64,000 nucleotides of DNA from Amphiscolops sp. MND2022 (lineage: Eukaryota). Every line of letters begins with the position of its first letter. Position 1 is the stretch's first letter. The position numbers were made by a program, and so were the translations under genes. The stretch is taken from contig OZ076412.1 of the NCBI GenBank assembly GCA_964187785.1, forward strand, positions 67,580,001 to 67,644,000, given 5' to 3'. This document shows, in pieces, positions 48,897 to 60,455 of this stretch. The notes under the pieces are model-generated. The model saw only the letters and a program-made list of their open reading frames with translations, did no database searches and was not told the DNA's origin.

Positions 48897-48995
48897 GGCT
48901 TGTATTGATTGATACAAAATTCATAATAATAATAATTATTATTAGTCTTGTATTGATTGATACAATTTTCATAATAATAACAAATATTATTATTA
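48897..48995. repeat. Short AT-rich tandem duplication (about 47-bp unit, 2 copies)
   Basis: CTTGTATTGATTGATACAA..TTCATAATAATAA occurs twice in tandem. Confidence 0.8.
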
Positions 48996-50578
48996 TCCTT
49001 TCTTCGTGATCTGTTTTTTACGTACTCGTTAATTTGGATGCTATACAGGATGATCAAGTATCCAATGTTTCGCTACATTGTTCCCAGTTTTTGCGCTGTC
49101 TATTGTTTAAGACTACTCCACCTCGACTTCTATTGACGCTCAAAGTTATTTACCATGCTTATTTATCCAACGACAATAACGTTCAGTCAATATTAAAGTT
49201 ATTATGACTTGTGGAAATTGTACGGATTTAACAATTAGCTAGGAATTGTTCAATGCGGAAATTAAACTAAATTGAGGTGTCAACCAAAAATGATTGTTGA
49301 ATTGTGTTGAGTTTTCTGTTTTTCACTATATGTTGAGTTTTCCATTTTAAGTTTTCTTGCGTTGAGTTTTCTGTGATGAGTTTTCTTGTGTTGAGTTCTC
49401 TTGTTTAGTTTTTCGTAGTGAAGAAGCATCCCAGGGTTTTCCTGACAAAGTGTGGTCCCTACAAAATTTATTCAGGCGGCCTGAAAACTCCTGATTAAGT
49501 GTGGTCCCTAGCAAATTTAGAATAGCCAGAGCGTAAAGCAAACATTACATGTAGTTCAATACAGCAGAATTCAATCTACTAGCTTTTAGTGCTGTTACAG
49601 CCAATATGTATGGAATTTATATATTTTTTTGCAGATCTTTTGCAGTAATGTGCAGATTTGAAAAAACATTGACATACTCAAAATCATAATATAAACCCCA
49701 CAGCGATATCAAACGAATAATAAAAGTGTTTAAATCTGGAGAGAAGTCTCATTTATGTCAAAATGATGAAACATTTTTCTGTAGCATTCTGTACGTCTGT
49801 AGAAATTACAGATTTTTACAGATCTTTACAGAGCCAAACAATGACCGATAAATTACTATTACGAACTCCAAGTTAACAGCATTTACTAAAAATACTCCAA
49901 CAAACTGTGTTGCGGAAATATTATAACAACAACACTTTATCAACACATTGACCAACTCAGAAGGTTGCCACATGTCAAATTTTATCTGCCAAAACAAAGT
50001 CAATATGGCAAACGAGCCTCTCAAAGTTCAACAACCACATCTGAAAAGTTCAAGTGAAATCGATAAATTACGGTGTATAACCAATACGCCGCATTCTCCA
50101 GTCACCAAAACTACTGTGATGGGGACAATTTTTATTCTCGAGAATTTTGAAAGTGATTGAAAGTATCAACTGACCGAGCCTTGGTCAGCTAAAATACTGG
50201 ATGAAGTAGTTAAAGAAGTCCAAAAATGCAGTATATTGGTTCCTTAGAAGCTGCAGAAAAACATATTTCTGCAAAAATCTTTTGAGAAAATCTACAAACT
50301 TCTGTAAAGATCTTGCAGATCAGTATGGATCTTCAAGATTCAGTGCAACAATTTTGCAGAACCCTGCAGATCTGCAAAGATCGAAAACCTGGGTATGGCA
50401 CGTCGCTCCGCTTCGCTTCGCTCCTGCGTTTAGGCACTAGGGGTATGTGAGCATAGCTGACTACGTTATAATAATTATTCAGAGAAAATATGCAGCGACA
50501 ACACTTACCTTATAGGGACCACACTTTATTTATAAGGACCACACTTAGTGAGGAGAAATCGCTTGGGACCACACTTAG

Positions 50579-50910
50579 TGTCATGTACTCCAAGACCTAA
50601 ACAGAAGAGCATAGTTGAGGATAAATTCCTGAAGTTCCGAATTGATGACATTTACACTCCAAAACTATTTGACATTTGAATAATCATTCACTCTCAAACT
50701 TTGAGTTATTTATTTACCTAAATTATAATCATCCGAAATGAATATTATTTAGAACACAACAGAGACTAACTCGAATATTGAACAGTCGCCTTTTCGATAG
50801 AGTGAAGCAGAAGAGTTGATTGTGATCCATGCATCAGAAGAGATCGCTCGTCCTCTTGATCCAAACAGAAATCATGATTCCAAAACACAATATGTCTGAG
50901 AGAGGATACA
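50579..50910 (+). repeat. 5' LTR of the Gypsy element
   Basis: TGTCATG...GGATACA; about 93% identical to 63002-63333 (about 23 differences counted by eye). Confidence 0.92.
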
Positions 50911-50915
50911 TTAGT

Positions 50916-50930
50916 TGGTGACAGGAAGAT
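50916..50930 (+). other. Primer-binding site (tRNA identity uncertain, possibly Leu)
   Basis: TGGTGACAGGAAG lies 5 nt after the LTR. Confidence 0.55.
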
Positions 50931-51699
50931 AACAATCAACTCCCACACACTCTACATAGTACTTATCTTTTTTCTGTCTGTATGGAAAACACAGGCCACG
51001 CCCAGACGACCACTGCTTGCCTCCACGACCACATCCACATCCACTGCTCGTAACACTAAACAGAAAATAGCCGGCAGTATCTTTGTAACTACAAACACTG
51101 AACATTGAGAAAAAAGTGTTCTTCGCTTGTTTTGTACAATTCTTCAATTTTTACACGATGCCGAAATGTAATGCAACCATATTGATTGAAAGAATTCAAC
51201 AAGATGACTTCGTTGGTGATGTTTCGATGATTTGTTTGGATTGATCAATGCAACCGACTTTTTGAATGACTTGATGACACAACAACAACAGGAATGCGGT
51301 TGAAGAGTTTAAAGCCAGTTTTGAAGTAGTAAATTGATATTGATATTCGTTTTTTGGCTCACATAACTCATATTGTCTGACTTCAAGTTCCACAAGTCTC
51401 TCTATCAAAATTCATTTTGAAGAACACAAAATCTTGCCAAATTTCTGAAATCGATTGACTGATTCATAGTTGTTGAAACTTTTTCAACTTTTCATTTGAC
51501 TGTTCGAACAAACAATTGAATATTGACAACGTATCTTCGTCTGAATTTTCTCGTTTAGGTTCAAGTTTTCCTAATTTTGGTTTTCAAATTTTTTGTTTTG
51601 TTTCTACAATTCGCTAACTCCACTTGACCTTAATTCCTTCCTCTTATTTTTAACCTAATCTTTTCTTTTCTTGTTAACTCTAATTCTTAACTTAAAACC

Positions 51700-52920
51700 A
51701 TGGCTCAACCTCAACTCACACTTATTATCCTGGAACGGAAAAACATTTTCGCGAATTTGAGCATTTTCTCCAAAGTATTCTGGCCGTCGCCGCTATTCCA
51801 CCGAATCAACAGGCAACTTTTTTACAGCTGCATCTGCGTGATGCCGCCTTACGCTATTTTCAAGACCTGCCATTGGCAACACGAAATGATTTAGCTTTGT
51901 CACTTGAGGCGCTTAGAAACCATTTTTGATCCAAAAACATATAATCCAGAAAACTTTTTCGTAACTTTACAGACGAAATCTTTTAAAGTGTGTCCGGATC
52001 CTAGTCCCCCAGCGGTCGCTCCAATAGACGGCGCAGCAGCTGATGCTGCTGTGGAACAAACACGCTTTGACCAAGATACTGCACGTCGTGCAGAAATCAT
52101 TTGATCTACCCAAGAGGCTCGTTCAAATCGAATTAGGCGAAACTTTATTTGAAAAATATGCCCTGTTGACTACGAGCTAAGCTTTTGGAGCAGCCCGAAA
52201 ACACTACTGTTGACGATTTATGTGTTTTTGCCCGCAAACAACTTTCCATCCACAATCTATCTCTGTAAAACAGATGATTCAGTCATGGATGCATTTAGTG
52301 AAATGGGCCCCTCAGTAACCGACACACTTGTTACTACTTTGACTGAATTGAGTGCTAGTCAAGAGGCAATGGATAATCGTCTCAACGAAATGTCTAAACA
52401 GTTCGAAGAACGCAACACAAATCTTACGAATAAACTCGAAGCCTTTCAAAAACTCAAACCCAGCAATTTCAAAGAGGTGCTTATAGTCCAAATCGCGATC
52501 AAAATTCTAATTCACGAGGAAAAGGAAACTATAGAGGACGCTATAGAGGTAATAACCGAGGATATCGCGGCCGCCCTAACTACCAAGGATAGCGAGGAAA
52601 TTCGAATCAAAATTACCAGCCACCATATCTACCGCCTCAGAACTATGATAACAACATAAAACTATTACAAACCATAATCCTCAGTTTTCGGGTAATTTTG
52701 AAAAACAAATGTTACGTCAAAGCATGGACTCTCAGCCACGAGCAATTTTTGAAGTTTTCACGCCTGATCCTAATTACAAGCCATTATTCAGCAATCATCT
52801 ATGACATGCCACAAATGTGGCTATCCAAATCATCTAGCACCAAATTGTACCCTTAGAGGACAAGCCGCTAGACGTGGTGCACAGAATCCATTTATTCAAG
52901 GTCCGAAAAACTCATAAAAC
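51700..52920 (+). pseudogene. gag: Gypsy gag (frameshifted) with CCHC zinc knuckle
   Basis: ATG at 51700; FEHFLQSILAVAAIP...LQLHLRDAALRYF; CHKCGYPNHLAPNC at about 52807-52848. Confidence 0.8.
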
Positions 52921-53039
52921 AGCACAAGATTCAGCCCATTGAACATGTAACAAATGTCCAGAAAATGCCAGACACATGTAATGATGCCTCAGAACTTTCT
53001 GAAATGTGTGCCATCCTTCCCTTAGAAGGAGAAAATTCA

Positions 53040-56000
53040 TCTTATGTCCGTCTAAAATTTCATAATCAATTAAAAAGGCGAGCCTTAATCGATACAGGTT
53101 CTTGTGCAAATGCACTGACTCAATGATTTTTCTTAGAACTGGAAAAATCAATACCGTATCAAATTATTCCAGAAGAACCTTGTTTCCATTCAGTTCGAAT
53201 GGCAGCGGCCAAGCGAGTTGCTATTGAAAAACAAGCCAAAATAAGATTTCAAATCGAACAGCATACCTTCCAAGATAGCTTTCTGATAATGCCTACTATG
53301 AATAGTATCATTCTTGGAAACCCTTTTTTCAACAAACATAATATTACGATTGACCCAAAAAACAATCTGTTACATTTGCCCGAATTAACTGTACAATTTA
53401 ATCAAATTTTACCTGAACAAGCAGAAAAACCTCGTTTTGCAAAAACGTTACCAAAACTTTCTCTTCTTTTGACAAAAAAGGTGCATATTCCGCCTCAGTC
53501 TCAAGCTCTTTTGGAATGCCAACTTGACAATGATGAATATACAAAATTGTACTGGACTTGTTATACCAGTATTTCGTATCAGCTATAAATTTTTCCGATA
53601 CACAAATTTCATTTAACAACAAAACTGAAATTACTCAATTCCAAATTTTGAAAGAATCCGAAGCAGATGATCTTATCCCGATTGATCCTCAGTTGATTTC
53701 CTTAGCAAAAATGAGAAGTCCTGATGACTTTGAGGGTGAACTCAATCAGTTAATTCAAGATTTTCATTTTAAGAAAATTGATACACCTACAGGTCGTCCG
53801 CCCCCGGATTATTCTAGACTGTGGTTTCCCACACCGGAAACCTGTAATGACTTTTCGTCATTACCTTCTTTACAACGCGAAAATTATGATAAGATACTAC
53901 AAATGCAATGCTTAGAAAAAATGAATCCTGCTGAATTTGAATCTGAATGACAGTCATTTTTGAAGAAATTTTCATGGGATACTTGTGTTTTGAGTCATGA
54001 CCAAAAACAGGACCTGGAGAAATTCTTGGTTGAATACCACGATGTGTTTGCTAAACATCGATTTGACGTGGGATATAATACCCAGCTAAAGGTCAAATTA
54101 ACGCCCGAACACCCACTTCCCGTTTACGTTCAAGGTCCACCTGCTCCAATTCACCTACGCGACGAACTTTTGGTTGAATTGGCATTGTTACAATACTTTA
54201 ATATAATAACGACCTCACCACATTCCAAATACAGTAGCCCAATATTTGTTCACCGCAAAGCATCTGGCAAAATGCGAATTTTAATTGACTTGGGAAGAGT
54301 GAACCATCTTTTACGCCATGACTATGTAAATAGTAACTTTCCGATTTCAAACATGACCGATGCCACAAATCACTTCGCCGGGAAAAATTTGTTTTGCAAA
54401 CTAGATTAATAACAAACAAATCATTGTGTACAAATGGCGGATGACCTTTCTGTCCAGTTTTTGGCGTTTAATTTTACCTCTGGAACTTTCGCTTACAATT
54501 GTTTGGCTCAAGGGCTTAATAAATCTGTCACAGGATTTAGTTCTTTTATCAAGCACTACCTTGACCCATGCTTAGCCGCCAACATATGCACTCAACTCAT
54601 GGATGATATTGCCGCAGGTGTAAATGAATTTGAAGAATTAATCCCTGCTCTGGGGAAAATTTTTGATTGTTTGAGATCCGCTGATCTGAAGCTTTCCGCC
54701 CATAAATGCGAAGTTGGCACAACAAAAATTGATTACTTAGGCAATACAATCCCCCTCAAGGCATCACGCCTGAAAGTGCAAAAATCGAAAAATTCTTGGG
54801 TCAAATCAGATTGCCAAACACCGTGAAACAAGTTAAATGACTCATTGGCTTTGTGCAGTTTTTTCGAATATTCATGCCGAATCTTGGCGACAAATTTTTA
54901 CCGTTTTACCGCCTTTTACGAAAAGAAAATAACTTTTTGATCACTGATGATCATCTCACATTACGATTACCTAAACCCGGTCTTCAATATGTAATACTTT
55001 GGACGCCAATTTTCAAGGCACTGGTTTTGTTATAATGATTGAAGACTATTTGATAGATCGAAATGGTAAACAACAAAAAACATATACTCCTGTTTCATTC
55101 GGTTCACGACTTTTTACTTCTACTCAATTGAAATTTTCTGTGTTTATTACAAGGAATTTTTAGCGCTTTATTTTTCCCTTGAGCATTTTGCACATTTTAT
55201 TTGGGGCGCCACAAAACGTCCTAGTCTTATCTGATAATCGTAGTCTTACGCAGTTTTTCAATCCAAAAGCATTCACCCATCTCAATGGAATTGACTTGAT
55301 AGAGTTTTGTCATTTAACATTTTACTAGCACATATTCCTGGGAAGGCAAATACAGCAGCCGATTTTCTTTCCCGCATGCAAACCGATCCTAGTCTGAGTC
55401 TCCAAATTAAATTATCAGATCGTGTCCCAGTTAGGGAAACTGGAACTGAAATTGAAAAGGCAGCTAAATCGTCGTATGTCTCTCTGTCCAGAATTGAGAG
55501 TGTCCAAAACATTCCAGACAACACTACTGAACCGGTTGATGCAGAATTCCTTGAACAACATCGAAAACATGGTCTTGATGACCATTTCTTAGCAAATCAA
55601 TCTAAAGAAGATCCCGCAGATTCCAAAACTGGACTTTTTTCGCTAACCCAAGTCCCCCAGGTGAACCTTATTGAAAACAATGATTTCGAAGATATCATTA
55701 ATGATTTGCCGGACCGATCGCAGTCTCTTGACTTGGCTCAAGAACAATAAAAAGATAAATAATTTCTGACGATATTTCCTGGCTTGCTCGAGGCAGCCTT
55801 GATCAGTCCCCAAATCTTCCTATCGCACTGAAAAAATATAAAAAACAGTTCAATTGCCTGATTCTTGAACACGATGTCCTATATCGTCTATTTTATGACG
55901 ACTGTGGCAAAGTACAAAACAAGCAATTCTGTGTTCCTAAACATCTCTAGCATGAGGTTGTTTTTCGACTTCATAACTCTAAAACGGGGGGGCATTTTAG

Positions 56001-57603
56001 CATCGGAAAAATAGTCGCCGAATTCCGAAAACGATTTTATTTTCCTAACTTTACAGATTTTTTACTGTCATCGATCAAAAATTGTCTCACCTGTCTTCAA
56101 TTAAAACGTGCCCCGTCAAAATATTTAAAACCTTCATTGCAACCACTTTCGTCATTACCATCCTATCCAGACGAAACTCTTCAAATCAACATAGTGGGTC
56201 CTCTTCAGTCACCACATTATCATTACGTTTTAACAGCAATCGATGTTTTCACTAAATATATTTTTGCTGTTCCATTGACAAATGTGCGCGCCGATACTAT
56301 AGCTTGTGAATTAACAGCCATCTTTTTTCGCCATAGTTACATCCCATGCACTATTCTTTCAAACTTAGGCACATTTTTTGTCTCTGATTTAAAGCATGAA
56401 TTAGCTAAACTCCTTGAAGTCAAACTGAAACACGCGAGCGTGAAGCACCCACAAACAGTAGGTGTTGTTGAAAGATCGCATGGTGCACTCAAACGGATTC
56501 TTAATCTTAACACGAATGACCAATGGAACGACTGGTATAAATATGTTCATTTAGCCACTTTTATCCATAATACATCCTATCATTCAGCGATCGGATGTAG
56601 TCCAACTGTCCTTCTTCAAGGCCGTGAACCGATTAAACCCTTAGATGTGCGCTTTAACAACCGTATGATTGAAAAGTTCTCGCCAAATAGCGAATACGTT
56701 TTGCTCTACAAGACGCAATGAAAAAAAGTTTTCAGAAACGCAACAAAAACTTACTGGAATGTTCAACAAATAACGCACATATTATGATTATAAAGCTGAA
56801 ACCAAACCGCTTTCGATTTTTTCATACTTTCTGTTCCTCAACCCCATATTAATGACGAATCATATTTTGCTGGTAGATCTTTACCAAAATGGCTTCCCTT
56901 ATATCGAATAGAAAAAATTTTGACTAATTCCAATTATATTATTCTTAAAGTGGGCACAAACTATACTCAATGCGTTCATCGCATTCGTCTCCGACTAATA
57001 ACACCTCAAAGTCGTGTAGATGACATATCTGTATTAGCCTTCAAAATTTTTCAACGCGACCCGTCATTAGGTCAATTTAGAGGTGAACCTGACCTGTTTG
57101 ATGAAAGTCATCCTTCATTATTGGAAGCCCCTCCACGGCTACTTTCTACACCACTTGTTGAGGAAGATCCTCCTCCAGTTACGAAGTCGCTGCACTCTCC
57201 GATTGCTCCAGCAGCTGCCCTTGCACCTGGGCCAGTTGTTCTGCCAGTGCCAGTACCCGAAGTGGCAGTTGGGGGTCCTCCACCACTGTTAGTACAAGAT
57301 CCCCCGAATACTCCAATATCATCAGAGGACTCGGAGGGCGAGAATTCAGTTCGAACTGACCTTTCGGACAATAATCTGAACAGCTCCAGTCCACCGCAGT
57401 CGCCAGACCCTCCAGTACAGGTGGAATCGGTTAATACACAACCGGTGACTAGAACTTTGTGCCCGTGGTTACATCCAGTTCAATACTCTGAAACCCTATT
57501 GAAAAATGAAGCCAAAATTCCACATCAAGAACGCTATCTTCCATCCTCCAGTATTATGCGCGAATCACCTACTACTCAAGAACAGAAACGGCAAGCACCC
57601 TGA
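53040..57603 (+). pseudogene. pol: Gypsy pol: aspartic protease, RT, RNase H, integrase and Pro-rich C-terminal extension (many stops and frameshifts)
   Basis: ALIDTGS (about 53087); KMRILIDLGRVN and LMDDI (RT); PVSFGSR/LYFSLEHF (RH); HNSKTGGH...CLTC (IN zinc finger); YVLTAIDVFTKY...HPQTVGVVERSHGALK (rve). Confidence 0.9.
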
Positions 57604-58229
57604 AATGGCCCTGAAGCACCATATGGAACGCTATACAATTCATAAATTGAGTATTCAACGACATGGTAGTGGCTATGATAAGCTCCACTGGCCTACCGTT
57701 TTTTCGATTTTATATCAAGTTTTTGTAATTTCGATGTTAAGATCACTATTTATCAACCTGTTCGGTAATCTACTGCCTCTTGTGCTCTCTTGAGAACTCA
57801 TTTTTGAGTACCACTATGACATGCGCTTCCGCAACCTAATCAAACTTGTTGCATACCTCAAAAACACTCTGTAAACCCTAACTTTGAAGGTCAATTCCTC
57901 AAGGTCAAAAAATCAGATGCCGATTTCCTTCAGGCGCTGGGCCTTACTTTCGATGCTCTTTCCCTTTGCACCCCGAAAACTGGATTCTGCGAACAAAAAA
58001 TGTTGACTCCGCGCCGTACGGCCCCTTTGATATTCTCTGAGACTTTCCATGAAAAATTATTTTTTTTTCGGCAAACATGAATCAAATTTTCTGTGCTATC
58101 TTTCATTTATGCTTTTCTTGTTCACTACAAGCAAAAATGCGGATCCATCAATAAAAATTTGCTTCCCTGAGTTAACATTTCCTGAGATAATGATGATTAC
58201 AGTTCATGAGTATGATCACTTTCAGTATG

Positions 58230-59163
58230 TTTCGGTATGTCACTGCCAATACACTAATAAGTCGATATTTATCCAAACAGCAGTCCCCAGCATCTGCAAA
58301 ACAAACTGCTTCAGATAAGAGTCCTCGTACATTGTTTAATCAGTTTTATGCATACACATCCAAGGTTCTCCAACGGCCTGATTTGAATTCGCCCCTCCAT
58401 CTATCTCCCAGGGATTTGTGGCATACTTTGATATCTTTAGGCATATTTCTCCTTCATGCGTATCCTAAAAACATTGCTCATGTTCTTTTAGATCATTCTT
58501 GTTCTTCTTTTTCTCTAGAAAGATAAACTTTTACACCGAATAATCCATAAATACTGGTTTTTCTTTCAAATCACTTACCGCTCGCTTTTCTTGCCAACTA
58601 GCGGAAACCAAATTGCTGAAAACCAGCACTTTCCACCTCCTTCAGCTAACACGGCATTACACCCTCTTTTTTCGAAATGCTCAAGCCAAATAGGTTTTCT
58701 GAATACTCCGCATCGGGAGCCTTTACATGCTGAACGCCCAATCGGGAGCAGATATGCCTGCGGTATTGTTCGGGAACAGGAGACGCTCTTTCCAATTGAT
58801 ATCGTTCATGGAATGCCCAAAAGTTCTCGCAATCGAGCATGTACCTAAATTCTTACAACATATCTCGATATCAACATACCTCAAAGTAATGAATGTTAAT
58901 ACTTACTGCTGAAACGCTCTTTGTAGCCCTCCCAGAAATGACGGAAGAACATAACCTTTATCACTCAAGGTTTTTCGTAAAAAACGAACGTCTCGCACAT
59001 GCTTGTCTCTCTTGTAATGTACTAGTCCAAGGATTTCTTCCATTTTATCTTTTGTCAACACTTTGCTCCCATTCCATAACAAAGCCCCAGTTTCATCAAT
59101 ATTACATCGCGACATGCGTTTTACCCATTTTTTTTCCTCATTTTTCAGCTCAGTTTTAGTCAC
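58230..59163 (-). pseudogene. Antisense accessory-gene remnant inside the Gypsy element: H2C2-like segment followed by OTU-like cysteine protease
   Basis: Minus-strand frame near 58590-58660 reads CNAVLAEGGGKCWFSAIWFPLVG (OTU GDGNCxFRAI-like); IDLLVYWQ*HTET near 58230-58270 could supply the His; upstream ORF 58903-59163 has ALLWNGSKVLTKDKMEEILGLVHYKRDKH. Confidence 0.45.
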
Positions 59164-60455
59164 TTTGAGTCAGCCATTTGTTTCAATTACTCGCAAATTG
59201 TCAGTTCAATTTTCTTTTGTCACTATTCTTCTACTTTCCAACTTTCAGACAATGTGTCTTTTGACTCTTACTTTCCCTATCCATTTTCGCTGGACCTATT
59301 TGTCATGAATACTTTGTTACGGGCATCCACTATGCGGAGAATTAAACTATCACTTTGATGCTGGAATCCGGACCAGAAGTGGTCCTCATTTACGGTTCTC
59401 CAAGGTGGATTCACCTTACTGCTGCATTCTAAAAACTTCACCACGCCCCGATCGCATGGTCTATGAGGCCTCATCAAAATGTATCGTCTACGACGTGCCC
59501 TAAAGTTTCAGTATGAACAACTTTGACTAACTCATTAACTCCTAAAGAATATTTGCATGTAACTTCTATTTCTCTCTTTATAACTACCCTACCAATTTCA
59601 ACTATTTATTTGCTCTTCGGTTTTTCTGACATTCTTTTAATTTTCTTTTAACTTTACTATTTTTTTTAAAAAAAAGGAAAACAAAAAACAAAACTTGCAA
59701 AACTCTTTCACACTACAGCTTTTTATTGAGTTGACAACTTTCACTTAACTGTCCAAAATTAACTGCAAAGCTGAGTTTACTGTTGTTTATATGCTGACTC
59801 ATTACTTGTATATGTTTTTTTTGTTTTTTTTCCTGTTTTCTTTCTTCGTTTATGTCACTAAATTTCTTGGCTGCGTCACCGGTACCAGCGACCGCATAGA
59901 CAGCAACTGACAAAACTTCCCATTCCAAATAGCGTTAACATCATATAGCTGACAATGTGGTTACCCTCCTCACCCTCAAACACTTTTCACAGTCAATTTT
60001 GCCTTCAAATTTTCCTTCCAGTCAATTGACTTCCAGTCAATTTTGCCTTCAATTTCGGTTTTTGTTCCGATTGGACAACACCAGACTTTTCTTTGACTCC
60101 ACATGTGCTCTTTGCAGCACAAACACAGAGTTAAAAAGATGACAAAAGCCACACCAACTTTGACATTCATTTTGTTTGCAAACTGAAAGTCTTAAACTCT
60201 TGTTAGTTTTGATTAGTACGAAGTTCAGTTTCACATCTTCGACCGAAACAACTTTGTTGACACAATTCCGCCTACTGGAAAATTCTGTGTTTGAATTAAA
60301 TGTCAGCATTCTGATTCTTTGACATTTGAAAACATTTGGCGTGACTTTCAAAACAAACACCGCCTACATTTGACATTTCAAAGAGGAAATCGCTGTCACA
60401 TCAAGTTTTCAAGCGTGAGTTTTCAAACTATTTTCAAATTTTGCTTCAAAGTGCC

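Noticed and set aside
49431-50395. CCCAGGGTTTTC ... GAAAACCTGGG as TIRs of a separate element
   Set aside because: The left copy overlaps the better-supported CATCCCAG TSD and TIR, and no TSD flanks this pairing.
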